Assembly (NCBI GenBank): GCA_039586795.1
Contig: JBDHJS010000053.1
Coordinates: 1 to 41,762 of the forward strand
DNA: 41,762 nt
Direction: 5' to 3'
DNA from: Gemmatimonadota bacterium
Lineage (GTDB): Bacteria; Gemmatimonadota; Gemmatimonadetes; Palauibacterales; KS3-K002
Below are positions 7,901 through 18,292 of the stretch, one piece after another. The notes beneath the pieces were generated by a model. It was not told the DNA's origin, made no database searches, and saw only the letters and a program-made list of their open reading frames with translations. A program made the position numbers and the translations under genes. Positions within the stretch are counted from its first letter, which is position 1; every line of letters begins with the position of its first letter.

Positions 7901-10303
7901 ATGAGCAGGCATTTGCACAAAGTCGCGGTCCTCGGGTCCGGCGTCATGGGAAGCGCTGTCGCGGCGCACTTCGCCAACGCCGGCATCCCGTCGCTGGTGC
8001 TCGACATCGTCCCCAGGGACTTGACCGAAAAGGAGCAGGCCGCCGGCCTCACCCTCGAGGACGGAGCGGTCCGTAATCGGATCGCTGCCGATTCAGTGAA
8101 AGCGCTCCTCAAGGCCAGGCCGGCCCCGATGTTCTCCGCCGATCGCCTGGCGCTCATCGAGGTGGGGAACTTCGAGGACGATCTGGCTCGTCTGGAGGAA
8201 GCAGACTGGGTGGTGGAGGTCGTCAAGGAGGACATGGGCATCAAGAAGAAGGTGCTCGCCGAGGTCGCGCCGCACATCAAACCAGACGCGATCTTGACCA
8301 GCAACACGTCGGGTCTTTCCCTGGCGGAGATGGTTTCCGAACTGCCCGAAGAGGTCAGGCCCAGGTTCCTGGGCACGCACTTCTTTAACCCACCGCGCTA
8401 CATGAAACTGCTGGAGGTGATTCCCACCGCCGAGACGTCGCCCGAGGCGCTCGACCTGATCGAGACCTTCTCGACGACGCGGCTGGGGAAGGGGATCGTT
8501 CGCGGCAAGGATACTCCCAACTTCATCGCGAACCGCGTCGGCGTGCAGGCCATCATGGTCACGATGCGTGTGATGGAGGAGATGGGTTTCACGGTCGAGG
8601 AAGTGGACGCGCTGACGGGGCCCGCGTTGGGTCGTCCCAAGACGGCCACGTTCCGGCTGATGGACCTGATCGGCCTCGACACCTTCCTGCATGTGGCCGA
8701 TAACGTTCGATGTAATGCGCCGGACGACGAGAGCCATGACATCCTCGCCGCGCCGGAGGTCCTGCAGAAGATGGTGGACAAGGGACTGCTGGGGCGGAAG
8801 GCCGGTGCCGGATTCTACAAGAAGGTGAAGCGTGACGATGGCTCGGAGATCCTGACGCTCGACCTGGAAACGATCGACTACCGCGAGAAGAAGAAGGCCT
8901 CGTTCCCCGAGCTCGAGACTCTCAAGTCCATCGACGATCCAGCGGAACGCCTCGCGAAGCTCGTATTCGGCAAGGGACGGGCCGCCGAGGCGGCTTGGAA
9001 GATGTTGGCGGGCACCTTCTCGTATTCGGCCATGCGCGTCGGCGAAATCTGCGACGACGTCTCGGCGGTGGATCGGGCGGTTCGTTGGGGCTTCGCCTGG
9101 GAGAAGGGTCCGTTCGAGATGTGGGACGCCCTCGGCTTCCGCACGGTCACCGAGCGACTCGTGGACGAGTCCTATCCGCTGCCCCCGTGGGTCAACGCGT
9201 TATACGACAGCGGATCGGAGTCGATCTACCGGCGTGAGAACGGAACGGTTCAGGTACCCACCGCTGAGGCAGGCGCTCTGGCAACCGTGCCCCATGATCC
9301 GCGGGTCTTCGAGTTCGATATCCTGCGGGGGGCAGGGAACGAAGTCCGCCGCAACCCCGGCGCGAGCCTGCTCGATCTTGGCGACGGTGTGTTCGCGCTC
9401 GAGTTCCACTCGAAGATGAACGTCATCGGTCAGGACACCATCTCGATGACCATGACCGCCTGCAAGGAAGCGGAGACCCAGGGACAGGCACTGGTCGTGG
9501 CCAACCAGGGAGAGAACTTCAGCGCCGGCGCCAACCTGATGCTCTTGCTGCTGGAGGCTCAGGAAGGGAACTGGGACGAGATCGATGCCATCGTGCGCCA
9601 GTTCCAGATGGCGACGAACCGGCTGGAACAATGCGCGGTGCCGGTGGTGACGGTCCCCCACGGTTTGAGCCTGGCTGGCGGTTGTGAGGTGGTGATGGCA
9701 GGCAACGCCATTCGGGCCGCGGCCGAGACCTATATAGGACTGGTGGAGTTCGGTGCCGGCGTGATCCCCGCCGGCGGCGGCTGCTTACGTCTGTACAAGC
9801 GAAATGTCGACGCGTTGCCCGATGCTTCGGACGTCTATCCGGCTTTGCGGAAGACGTTCGAGACCATCGGCATGGCCAAAGTGGCGACCTCCGCCGAAGA
9901 AGGACGCGAGCTGAGTTTCCTGCGGCCCCAGGACACCTGGTCGATGAACGGCGACCATCGGGTGGCGGATGCGAAAGACCTGGCGCTCGGCATGGCGCGA
10001 GCAGGCTTCGAGGCGCCGCTCCCCGAGCGTGAGATCCCCGTCATGGGCAAAGCCGGCGTGGCGCTCGCCGAGACCGTCCTCTTCAACATGATGGAGGGCG
10101 GCTACATCTCGGAGCACGACCGCAAGATTGGCCGGGAGTTGGCGCGCATCCTGAGCGGTGGCGACGTGCCCGGCCCGACCACCGTGTCGGAGCAGCACAT
10201 CCTCGACCTGGAGCGAGAGGCCTTTCTGCGCTTGTGCGGTGAGCGGAAAACACACGAACGCATGCAGTCGCTGCTCAAGACCGGCAAGCCGCTGCGGAAC
10301 TGA
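7901..10303 (+). CDS. fadN: 3-hydroxyacyl-CoA dehydrogenase/enoyl-CoA hydratase (FadN type)
   Basis: GSGVMG Rossmann motif, SNTSG, GTHFFNPPRYMKLLE, KDTPNFIANR, C-terminal crotonase (NFSAGANL, GGCE, GLVEFGAGVIPAGGG), ends GKPLRN. SD GGAGGAG before ATG 7901. Confidence 0.92.
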   Translation: MSRHLHKVAVLGSGVMGSAVAAHFANAGIPSLVLDIVPRDLTEKEQAAGLTLEDGAVRNRIAADSVKALLKARPAPMFSADRLALIEVGNFEDDLARLEEADWVVEVVKEDMGIKKKVLAEVAPHIKPDAILTSNTSGLSLAEMVSELPEEVRPRFLGTHFFNPPRYMKLLEVIPTAETSPEALDLIETFSTTRLGKGIVRGKDTPNFIANRVGVQAIMVTMRVMEEMGFTVEEVDALTGPALGRPKTATFRLMDLIGLDTFLHVADNVRCNAPDDESHDILAAPEVLQKMVDKGLLGRKAGAGFYKKVKRDDGSEILTLDLETIDYREKKKASFPELETLKSIDDPAERLAKLVFGKGRAAEAAWKMLAGTFSYSAMRVGEICDDVSAVDRAVRWGFAWEKGPFEMWDALGFRTVTERLVDESYPLPPWVNALYDSGSESIYRRENGTVQVPTAEAGALATVPHDPRVFEFDILRGAGNEVRRNPGASLLDLGDGVFALEFHSKMNVIGQDTISMTMTACKEAETQGQALVVANQGENFSAGANLMLLLLEAQEGNWDEIDAIVRQFQMATNRLEQCAVPVVTVPHGLSLAGGCEVVMAGNAIRAAAETYIGLVEFGAGVIPAGGGCLRLYKRNVDALPDASDVYPALRKTFETIGMAKVATSAEEGRELSFLRPQDTWSMNGDHRVADAKDLALGMARAGFEAPLPEREIPVMGKAGVALAETVLFNMMEGGYISEHDRKIGRELARILSGGDVPGPTTVSEQHILDLEREAFLRLCGERKTHERMQSLLKTGKPLRN

Positions 10304-10318
10304 CGGAAGGAGAGAGCC

Positions 10319-11503
10319 ATGAGAGACGTTGTGGTGGCCCTGGCGCTCCGCACCCCCGGCGGCCGGGCAAAGAAAGGGACCTTCCGGCAGACGCGCCCCG
10401 ACGATCTGGGGGCGGCGGTCATCCGCGCGTTGCTGGAGAAGGCGCCGAACCTGGATCCCGAACGGATCGGCGATGTCGTGATCGGGTGCGCGATGCCCGA
10501 GGGTGAGCAAGGACTCAATGTCGGCCGCAACCTGGTGTTGCTAGCCGGGCTGCCGGACAGCGTTCCCGGCATGACCGTGAACCGGTTCTGCTCATCGGGT
10601 CTCGAGACGATCAATATAGCCGCGGCCGAGATCGCCCTCGGGCAAGCCGACGTGGCGATTGCCGGTGGCGTGGAGACAATGACTCTGGTGCCCATGGGAG
10701 GCACGCGCTACCTGCCCAACCCGACGATGGCCGTCGAGTCGCCTGGAACGTATCTGGGGATGGGTCTCACCGCCGAGCGGCTAGCCGAGCGCGATGGGAT
10801 CGACCGCGAGGCCCAGGACGCCTTCGCCTACGCCAGTCATATGAAGGCCATCGTGGCGCAAAAGGATGGGAAGTTCGACGCCGAGCTCGTAGCTGTGAAC
10901 ACCTCGGTTAGCGAGCCGGGTCCCAACGGCAAACCGATCGTCAAAGAGGTCGTGCTGGATCGGGACGAAGGGCCGCGGGCCGATACGACGCTGGAGGCGT
11001 TGGCGAAGCTGAAGCCCGCGTTCAAAGCGGATGGTACGGTCACCGCCGGCAATTCGAGCCAGATGACCGACGGCGCGGCCGCCGTGCTGCTGACGACACC
11101 GGAAATCGCCGCCGAGCTCGGGCTCGAGCCCCTCGCCCGCTGGGTGGGCTATGCGGTGGCGGGCGTGCCGCCCGAGATCATGGGGATTGGTCCGGTGGAG
11201 GCGGTCCCGAAGGTTCTCGGTCGTGTTGGGTTGAAGCTGGAAGAGATGGACGTGATCGAGCTCAACGAAGCTTTCGCGGCGCAGAGCCTGGCCGTGCTCA
11301 AGGGCCTTGGCCTCGACGCGCAGGACCCGCGGCTCAACGCGAACGGCGGCGCGATCGCGCTTGGGCATCCGTTGGGATGCACCGGTGCCAAGCTCACCGC
11401 CACGGCGTTGCACGAGCTGCGCCGTCGCAAGGGACGCTATGCGATGGTGACCATGTGCATCGGCACCGGCATGGGCGCCGCGGGCATTTTCGAAGCTATG
11501 TGA
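10319..11503 (+). CDS. fadA: Acetyl-CoA C-acyltransferase (3-ketoacyl-CoA thiolase)
   Basis: NRFCSSGL catalytic Cys, [24 protein letters not shown]. Confidence 0.95.
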   Translation: MRDVVVALALRTPGGRAKKGTFRQTRPDDLGAAVIRALLEKAPNLDPERIGDVVIGCAMPEGEQGLNVGRNLVLLAGLPDSVPGMTVNRFCSSGLETINIAAAEIALGQADVAIAGGVETMTLVPMGGTRYLPNPTMAVESPGTYLGMGLTAERLAERDGIDREAQDAFAYASHMKAIVAQKDGKFDAELVAVNTSVSEPGPNGKPIVKEVVLDRDEGPRADTTLEALAKLKPAFKADGTVTAGNSSQMTDGAAAVLLTTPEIAAELGLEPLARWVGYAVAGVPPEIMGIGPVEAVPKVLGRVGLKLEEMDVIELNEAFAAQSLAVLKGLGLDAQDPRLNANGGAIALGHPLGCTGAKLTATALHELRRRKGRYAMVTMCIGTGMGAAGIFEAM

Positions 11504-11528
11504 GCGCGTCATCGCGCAGGAGATAACC

Positions 11529-13319
11529 ATGTCGAACGAAAAGGCTTACCCGACAGGCGGCCAGTTCCTCCTCGAGGACACGGAGCCGTCCAACGTCTTC
11601 ACGCCCGAGGACTTCGACGAGACGCAGCGGATGATCGCGGACACCGTTCACGAATTCATCGAGCGGAGCGTCACGCCTCAGCGCGAGGAGATGGAGTTCC
11701 ATAAGAAGGTGGAGTTGAGTGTGCCGATGCTCCGGGAAGCGGGCGCAGCCGGACTCCTGTCGGTGGACGTGCCTGAGGCCTATGGCGGTATGGGCGCCGA
11801 CAAGGCGACCACGATGCTCGTCACCGAAGGTATCGCCTGGTCGGGGAGTTTTGCCGCCACGCATGGTGCGCACACGGGTATCGGTACCTTGCCCATCGTC
11901 TATTTCGGCACGAAGCAGCAGAAGGAGAAATACTTGCCGAAGCTGGCGTCGGGTGAGCTGGCGGCCGCTTACGCGTTAAGCGAGCCGGGTGCCGGCTCCG
12001 ACGCGCTGGCGGCCAGCACGACCGCCGTGCTCAACGAGAAGAAGACGCATTACATCCTCAATGGCACCAAGCAGTACATCACCAATGCCGGTTTCGCCGA
12101 CGTGATTATCGTGTTCGCGAAAGTGGATGGAGAGCAGTTCACGGCGTTCATCGTCGATCGCAACGCCCCGGGCGTGAGCATCGGTCCGGAAGAAAGAAAG
12201 ATGGGTCTGAGAGGCTCATCGACCTGTGCGGTTATCCTCGAGGACGCCGAGATACCCGCCGAGAATCTGCTGGGCGAGATTGGCCGCGGCCATGTCGTCG
12301 CTTTCAACATCCTGAACGTCGGCCGCTTCAAGTTGGGCGCCGCCACCTGCGGCGGCTGCAAGATAGCTCTCGAGCATGCGGTCCCCTACGTGAACGAGCG
12401 GCACCAGTTCGGGCGGCCGCTGAGCGACTTCGGCCTGATTCGCGCCAAGATCGCCGACGTTGCCGCCCGCACGTTCGTGTCGGAGTCCATGGTCTACCGC
12501 ACCGCCGGACTCATGGACTGCGCGATCGCCACTCTCGATCGCAACGCCGAAGACTACGATCGAAAGATCATTGAAAAGGTCGAAGAATACACGATCGAAT
12601 GCTCGATGATCAAAGTGTTCGTCACCGAATCGCTGGCGCTGGCCGCCGAGGAAGGGTTGCAGATGTTGGGCGGCTATGGATACTGCGAAGACTATCCGTT
12701 GGAGCAAATCTACCGCGACGAGCGCATCTACCGGATCTTCGAGGGCACCAACGAAATCAACCGCATGCTGATCCCCGGCATGATCCTGAAGAAGGCGATC
12801 AAGAAGGAGCTGCCCTTCTTTGCCGCGGCCAAGCAGGTTGCTGATGATTTGTTGGGTCCGCCGGCCTTCGAGGAGGCGGGCGAACCGGAGTTCCTCGAGG
12901 ATGAGGCGAAGTTGGTCTCCGCGATGAAGCAGGCTTGCGTCGCCGCGCTGGGGTTCGCTGCCCAGAAGCACGGCGAGAACATCAAGGACCAGCAAGAGAT
13001 CCTCTCCGACGCCGCCGACATGGTGATGGAGACGTACGCTTGCGAGAGCGGTCTGCTCCGCGCGCTCAAGAAAGCGGCGCGGGACGGCGAAGAGGCGGCC
13101 CGTCCGATGGCCGATATGCTGACGCTCTACGTGCACGACGCGATGGACCGCGTTGCAATTTGGGGTCGAAACGTCCTGGCGCAGAGCGCCGAGGGCGATG
13201 AGCTACGCACCATGATGGCCGGAGTACGCCGGCTCACCAAGCATGTTCCGGTAAACCGGGCGAAGCTTCATGATGCCATTGCAGCCCGAATTGTAGAAGC
13301 CGGCCACTACGCCGCCTGA
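11529..13319 (+). CDS. fadE: Acyl-CoA dehydrogenase (FadE/very-long-chain type with C-terminal extension)
   Basis: YALSEPGAGSDA, NGTKQYITNAG, KMGLRGSST, RHQFGRPL, QMLGGYGY, RIFEGTNEINR; third gene of the fadN-fadA-fadE order. Confidence 0.92.
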   Translation: MSNEKAYPTGGQFLLEDTEPSNVFTPEDFDETQRMIADTVHEFIERSVTPQREEMEFHKKVELSVPMLREAGAAGLLSVDVPEAYGGMGADKATTMLVTEGIAWSGSFAATHGAHTGIGTLPIVYFGTKQQKEKYLPKLASGELAAAYALSEPGAGSDALAASTTAVLNEKKTHYILNGTKQYITNAGFADVIIVFAKVDGEQFTAFIVDRNAPGVSIGPEERKMGLRGSSTCAVILEDAEIPAENLLGEIGRGHVVAFNILNVGRFKLGAATCGGCKIALEHAVPYVNERHQFGRPLSDFGLIRAKIADVAARTFVSESMVYRTAGLMDCAIATLDRNAEDYDRKIIEKVEEYTIECSMIKVFVTESLALAAEEGLQMLGGYGYCEDYPLEQIYRDERIYRIFEGTNEINRMLIPGMILKKAIKKELPFFAAAKQVADDLLGPPAFEEAGEPEFLEDEAKLVSAMKQACVAALGFAAQKHGENIKDQQEILSDAADMVMETYACESGLLRALKKAARDGEEAARPMADMLTLYVHDAMDRVAIWGRNVLAQSAEGDELRTMMAGVRRLTKHVPVNRAKLHDAIAARIVEAGHYAA

Positions 13320-13340
13320 CACAGCGGCTGTCGCAAATAT

Positions 13341-13385
13341 GGGGAGGGACCGGGGGACCGACGAGCGGTCTCCCGGTCCCTCCCC
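13341..13385. terminator. Long GC-rich hairpin between convergent genes (probable bidirectional terminator or 3' protective stem)
   Basis: GGGGAGGGACCGGGGGACCG-ACGAG-CGGTCTCCCGGTCCCTCCCC: 20-bp stem with one G-U pair and no clear U-tract. Confidence 0.6.
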
Positions 13386-13407
13386 GGCACTCGTCAAGAC
13401 CTCCGCG

Positions 13408-14115
13408 CTAGTTCGTCGTTACGACGATTCCGTTCCACACTCCGCCAAGATTTTTCACTACGACGCTGTAGGCTTCGGTGCGGCTGGGTGTCCAGATGAG
13501 CACGCAGTGGTCGGTGTAGTCGGTGTCGGAGACGATGAGTGTGCCGTATTCATCGTACACGAAGCAGTCGAGATCGGTGTCGCCATCGCCGACGACCTCG
13601 AATATCGCCACCTCGCCGCCTCGGAACGCGGTCTCGTAATATATAGACGCGTACGCCTCGACCCGGTCGTTCGCCATCCCCGGTCCGTCGACCCGCCCTT
13701 TGGTCATCGAAGCCTCGAGATCGGAAATCACCGCGAGCATGTTCTCATCATCGCCGGCCAGCTCGCGCGCAGTTCGCAGCAGCTGGATCAGGTTCAGGCC
13801 GGGAATCCCAGTCTTCTCAGACTCGGACGCTTGCTCTCCCTCGGCGCGCCGCTCGTACTTCGGCTCGCTGGTCGATGTCTCGATCATGATGCGGGCCGCC
13901 GCGATGTAAGGCTCGGCTGTCCCGGTCCGGTGGCCATAGAGCATCAGCTGGCGGGCCAGAGCGATATCGTGGACGGCCACGACTTCGGCGCTTGTCTCCA
14001 CCGCTGCCTTCTCCTGGTCCTGCGCCGTCGCCGCGTTCGGCACGAGCGGCAGTAGTAGCGCCAGTACGAGGCCGAGCTTGAGCAACCCGCGCAGGGCTGA
14101 ATCGAGGATGAGCAT
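13408..14115 (-). CDS. Secreted hypothetical protein with C-terminal PPC-like beta domain
   Basis: SD AAGGAGGT before ATG 14115; signal peptide ending ATA-QD; C-terminal VVGDGDTDLDCFVYDEYG...YSVVVKNLG resembles pre-peptidase C-terminal domains. Confidence 0.75.
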   Translation of the reverse strand: MLILDSALRGLLKLGLVLALLLPLVPNAATAQDQEKAAVETSAEVVAVHDIALARQLMLYGHRTGTAEPYIAAARIMIETSTSEPKYERRAEGEQASESEKTGIPGLNLIQLLRTARELAGDDENMLAVISDLEASMTKGRVDGPGMANDRVEAYASIYYETAFRGGEVAIFEVVGDGDTDLDCFVYDEYGTLIVSDTDYTDHCVLIWTPSRTEAYSVVVKNLGGVWNGIVVTTN

Positions 14116-14190
14116 CGCTACCTCCTTGGGGTGTATTGTCATCCACTCCGATGATCAGGAATCTCTTCTTGCGGCGGGGGATGGTTGGTG

Positions 14191-14538
14191 CTAGGGCGTC
14201 CAAACGAGCTCTGCGGTATCTCCCGCCATCCAGGCACGCCACAGCAGCTCGAGATCTTCAAGAGGGTCGTAGGCGATTGCCAACTCCACGTTGTTGTCTA
14301 GGAACCAGCTCTCTTCGATCACCCGCTCGCCCTCGGTCAGGCTGTAGAACAGCGTGTCGACCCCGTTCCAGTCACCGACCAGAGCGAGGAGATAGACGGT
14401 GTCCGGCGCGATACCGTCGCTGAAGTCGTAGTAGGTCACGGATACACCGGGAGGCAGATCGGAGAACGGGTCCGGGCTCTCCGGGCTCTCGACGCAGGCG
14501 GCCAGCAGCATGGCTACGACCAACGCAATTCTACTCAT
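14191..14538 (-). CDS. Small acidic hypothetical lipoprotein
   Basis: MSRIALVVAMLLAAC lipobox followed by a plausible acidic mature sequence. Confidence 0.7.
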   Translation of the reverse strand: MSRIALVVAMLLAACVESPESPDPFSDLPPGVSVTYYDFSDGIAPDTVYLLALVGDWNGVDTLFYSLTEGERVIEESWFLDNNVELAIAYDPLEDLELLWRAWMAGDTAELVWTP

Positions 14539-14628
14539 TTCTCGCTAGCAACTAATCCAGGTCTCGGCGGGGTGGCGGCGTGACGGGGCGTTCTGGTACC
14601 CTCGAGGTCGTGAATCGATCCGTGGGCG

Positions 14629-15237
14629 TCAGGGACGCCTTTCGGCTGATGTCCCGAGCCCACTGGCCCGGTCCTGCTGGGTCGAATTCCCGAACGGGCG
14701 CGCTACCCGCTCGATCTCCTCGGGCGGGAGGTTGAGCTGGCGCGGAGTCGTCGAGAGTTCCTGTCTGAGACTGGGATCGCGCAGCGACTCGTTCTTGATC
14801 CGCTGATGGATCATGAGGACGGCGTAGAGCAGACCTTCGGGACGGGGCGGGCAACCGGGGACGTAGACGTCGACGGGAACGATGGCGTCGACACCCTGCA
14901 TGACCGTGTAGTTGTCGAAGACGCCGCCGGACGACGCGCAGGCGCCCATGGCGATGCACCACTTCGGTTGCGGCATCTGGTCCCAGATGCGGCGCAGAAC
15001 AGGCGCTATCTTGTAGGGTACTCGGCCGCCGACGATCATCAGGTCGGATTGGCGCGGGGTGTGCCCCAGCCGCTCCATACCGAACCGAGCGATATCGTAC
15101 CTCGAAGCGGCGGCGGCCATGAACTCGATGCCGCAGCACGCCGTGTTGAACGGCATCATCCACAACGAACTGCGGCGCGACCAGTTGACGAGCCAGTCGA
15201 GCTTTGTTAACCACCAGGGGTGGGACTCAGTCTTCAT
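14629..15237 (-). CDS. nuoB: NADH-quinone oxidoreductase subunit B (stand-alone)
   Basis: [61 protein letters not shown] (N2 cluster ligands present). Confidence 0.95.
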   Translation of the reverse strand: MKTESHPWWLTKLDWLVNWSRRSSLWMMPFNTACCGIEFMAAAASRYDIARFGMERLGHTPRQSDLMIVGGRVPYKIAPVLRRIWDQMPQPKWCIAMGACASSGGVFDNYTVMQGVDAIVPVDVYVPGCPPRPEGLLYAVLMIHQRIKNESLRDPSLRQELSTTPRQLNLPPEEIERVARPFGNSTQQDRASGLGTSAERRP

Positions 15238-15341
15238 TCGGCCTGACTCCGCCGTATGACGAGTTTCACAGCTGCTAAAGGCTCTATGACGATTATGACA
15301 ACAGGGCTGGGTGATAGCAACGACCAGCGTTGGGGGTACCT

Positions 15342-17048
15342 GTGCACCGACACAGACTGTTGACCGCGGTTCTCATTTCACTCGGCGTGTGGAGCGTGCT
15401 CGCGCTCGGCAGCACCGGAAGTGACAACGCGAGCTCGTTCAGCGCGCTGCAATCCTCGGTTACACCTCCGGCGGTCGGCACCGCCGGCATGGTGAGTACT
15501 GCGCATCCACTTGCCACGGAAATCGGCCTGGAAATACTCGCCGCTGGCGGGAACGCGTTCGATGCCGCCGTCGCCGTAGCTGCTGCGCTCAACGTGGTGG
15601 AGCCGATGATGTCGGGCATAGGAGGCTACGGTACCATCCTGGTGTACGATGCCATGGAACGGATGACGCGCTTCCTGAACCCCAGCGGTAGAATCCCGGC
15701 GTCCGTCGACTCGGACGTCTATCGACCTCCCACACCCAACTTCAGAGAGAACCGTCGCGGTGCCAAAGCGGTATCGACGCCGGGCAACGTCAACGCCTGG
15801 CAGGCGATGCACGACGAGTACGGAGTTCTCGAGTGGCGCGCTCTATTCGAACCGGCCATCACGCTTGCCGACGATGGCTTCGTGATCGACAGACGCATCG
15901 CTGGAATGATCCGGCCTGCCTACGGAGCGTTCCCGGATCACGCCAAGGAGTTCTACGGGTCGAACGGCAGGCCGCTGGAGGCGGGCGAACGGTTGGTGCA
16001 GGCGGATCTGGCCAACTCGTTTCGACTGATCGCGGAACGGGGAGCGGAAGTCGTCCACGGGGGCGAGCTGGGGCAGGCGATCGATGAGGAGATGAAGAAA
16101 GCGGGTGGATTCCTGACACTGCAGGACCTCATCGACAATCGCGCCGAGTGGTGGGACCCGATCGCTATCACTTACCGAGGCCATGAGGTGCTTACGGCAT
16201 CACCGCCGGCCAATTCCTTTCCGGCGCTCGTCCGGCTCGGGATAATGAGCCGCATCGATACCGAGTCGTTGGGTCACAACTCAGTCGAATACCTGCATTA
16301 CTATGCGGAGGTTACGAAGCACGCGTTCTGGACGCGGCTAGCGTACGCGGGTGACCCGGACGTGAGTCCGCCGCCGCTCGAAATGCTGCTTTCGGAGGGC
16401 TATTGGGAAGAGCAGGTGTCGCTCATCGATCCCCAGCGGGCCAAACCGTTCGAGCCACCTATCGCACCTTCGGACGAAGATGGCCACACGACGCACTTCG
16501 TCGTGGCGGACCGCTGGGGTAACATCGTCTCGGCCACGCAAACGTTGGGCAACTCTTTTGGCAGCCGCATCATGCCGCCGGGTACCGGCATCTGGCTCAA
16601 CAACTCACTCGCCTATTGCACATTCGAGCCGAAGGGTAACCCAATGGATGCCCACGCCGGCCGCCGCAAGCTCTCGGGCGACGTTCCGGTGATCGTCATG
16701 CGAAATGGAAGGCCGTGGATCGCCCTCGGCACACCGGGCGGGCACACGATCGGCCAGACGGTGCCGCAAATGCTGATGAACATGATCGACTTCGACATGG
16801 ACATCGCGGAGGCGTTGGCCGCGGGTCGAATCAGCTTCATCGAGCCGGACGTTCTGGGCGTCGAGGACAACATCCCGGAAGAAGTTCGACAGGCGCTGGA
16901 GGAGATAGGGCACAAGCTGGACGTCGGCTACGGGCTCGGCAACGCCCATGGCCTGACGATCGAGTACGACGAGGCCGGTAATCCGGTGCGCTTCACCGGC
17001 GCGGCGGACCCGCGTGGGCAAGGCTTGGCTAAGGGGCTAGAGAAGTAG
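15342..17048 (+). CDS. ggt: Gamma-glutamyltransferase family protein, secreted
   Basis: [21 protein letters not shown], nucleophile Thr in [28 protein letters not shown]. Start is GTG 15342 or TTG 15330. Confidence 0.92.
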   Translation: MHRHRLLTAVLISLGVWSVLALGSTGSDNASSFSALQSSVTPPAVGTAGMVSTAHPLATEIGLEILAAGGNAFDAAVAVAAALNVVEPMMSGIGGYGTILVYDAMERMTRFLNPSGRIPASVDSDVYRPPTPNFRENRRGAKAVSTPGNVNAWQAMHDEYGVLEWRALFEPAITLADDGFVIDRRIAGMIRPAYGAFPDHAKEFYGSNGRPLEAGERLVQADLANSFRLIAERGAEVVHGGELGQAIDEEMKKAGGFLTLQDLIDNRAEWWDPIAITYRGHEVLTASPPANSFPALVRLGIMSRIDTESLGHNSVEYLHYYAEVTKHAFWTRLAYAGDPDVSPPPLEMLLSEGYWEEQVSLIDPQRAKPFEPPIAPSDEDGHTTHFVVADRWGNIVSATQTLGNSFGSRIMPPGTGIWLNNSLAYCTFEPKGNPMDAHAGRRKLSGDVPVIVMRNGRPWIALGTPGGHTIGQTVPQMLMNMIDFDMDIAEALAAGRISFIEPDVLGVEDNIPEEVRQALEEIGHKLDVGYGLGNAHGLTIEYDEAGNPVRFTGAADPRGQGLAKGLEK

Positions 17049-17069
17049 CGCGTTCTTTGGGGTGCCACT

Positions 17070-18272
17070 ATGAAACGGCTGTGTATTCTCACTCTGGTGC
17101 TTGTCCTCTCGGCGTGCGGTCCGGAGAATGGATCGAATACAGCGATTGTCAGCGATAGCGCTGGCGTCCAGATCGTCGACAACACCGAGTACCTTTGGCC
17201 CGACGGGCAAGGTTGGCGCCTCTCGGAACAGCCGCTGTTGGACATCGGCGTGTTGGAGGGCGAACCCGCCTACCAGCTCTTCGAGGTGGTCGACTCGCGG
17301 CGGCTCAGCGATGGTCGCATCGCCATCGCGAACTCCGGCAGCTCCGAGATCCGTTTCTTCGACGCGGACGGTAAGTATTTGTACTCCGCCGGTCGGAAAG
17401 GCGGTGGCCCGGGCGAGTTCGAGAGCATGCTGTCGATGAAGCTGATGCAGGGTGACTCGCTGCTCGTATTCGATTGGCGTAACCAACGCGCGTCGCTTCT
17501 CGACGCTGATGGCAACCTTACGCGTGCGACTCAATTCAGATTCCTGGGGGCGATGGGCGGTTTTCCGATGATCGTCGCGCCGTTCGAAGACTCGTCGCTC
17601 CTGCTGGGCGTGCGATCGTTCTTCGGCACCGGCGATATCAAGAGCGGCCTGAGTCGAGACGAGGTCGTGTTCGTTCGCGCCGATGCTGAAGGGGAGCTCC
17701 TCGATACGCTGGCTGTACTGCCTGGCGGTGAGATGAACGTTCGCACCGAGGGAGGCGGAGTCATGCTGGGCGACCGTCCGTTCGGGCGATGGCCCAGTCA
17801 CGACGTGTACCGGGACGGATTCTACTACGGCAGCAGGGATCGCTATGAGATTGATCACTACAGCCTGGACGGCCGCCTTCTTCGATCGATCCGGCGAGCG
17901 ATCCCGAACATGAAGGTCAGCGCCGCGGACATAGAGAACTATAAGCGAGATCATATAGAAGACGCCGAAGATGAGAATCAGCGACAGTTGGCGGTACGAC
18001 TTCTGGAAGGAGTCGAGTTTCCCGAGGAGTTTCCCGCCTATGGGGAGATCATCGTCGACGACTTGAGGAACATCTGGGTCGCCGTGTACCGCAAACCAGA
18101 TGATGAGCAGCCGCGCTGGACGGTCTTCGATTCAAACGGCCAATTGCTCGGCGTGGTCTGGATGCCCGAGCGTTTCAACGTCCACCAGATCGGATCCAAT
18201 TTCGTCCTCGGCCGTTGGCAGGACGAGCTGGACATCGAACACGTGCGACTCTTCGAACTGATCAAGAGCTAA
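17070..18272 (+). CDS. 6-bladed beta-propeller lipoprotein
   Basis: Lipobox LSAC; DSAGVQIV, GRKGGGPGEF and WTVFD...DELDIEHV motifs; paralog at 40834-41762. Confidence 0.85.
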   Translation: MKRLCILTLVLVLSACGPENGSNTAIVSDSAGVQIVDNTEYLWPDGQGWRLSEQPLLDIGVLEGEPAYQLFEVVDSRRLSDGRIAIANSGSSEIRFFDADGKYLYSAGRKGGGPGEFESMLSMKLMQGDSLLVFDWRNQRASLLDADGNLTRATQFRFLGAMGGFPMIVAPFEDSSLLLGVRSFFGTGDIKSGLSRDEVVFVRADAEGELLDTLAVLPGGEMNVRTEGGGVMLGDRPFGRWPSHDVYRDGFYYGSRDRYEIDHYSLDGRLLRSIRRAIPNMKVSAADIENYKRDHIEDAEDENQRQLAVRLLEGVEFPEEFPAYGEIIVDDLRNIWVAVYRKPDDEQPRWTVFDSNGQLLGVVWMPERFNVHQIGSNFVLGRWQDELDIEHVRLFELIKS

Positions 18273-18292
18273 GGGAAGGTGAGGCCAGCGTC

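Noticed and set aside
13341..13385. Long inverted repeat as a MITE/REP element
   Set aside because: Single copy in the window with no target duplication; its position between convergent genes fits a terminator-like hairpin.
14552..15214. 220-aa Arg-rich ORF overlapping nuoB, and similar long alternative-frame or antisense ORFs (e.g. 1606-2568, 12216-13136, 32689-33780)
   Set aside because: Shadow ORFs typical of high-GC coding DNA; no motifs, and fully overlapped by well-supported genes.
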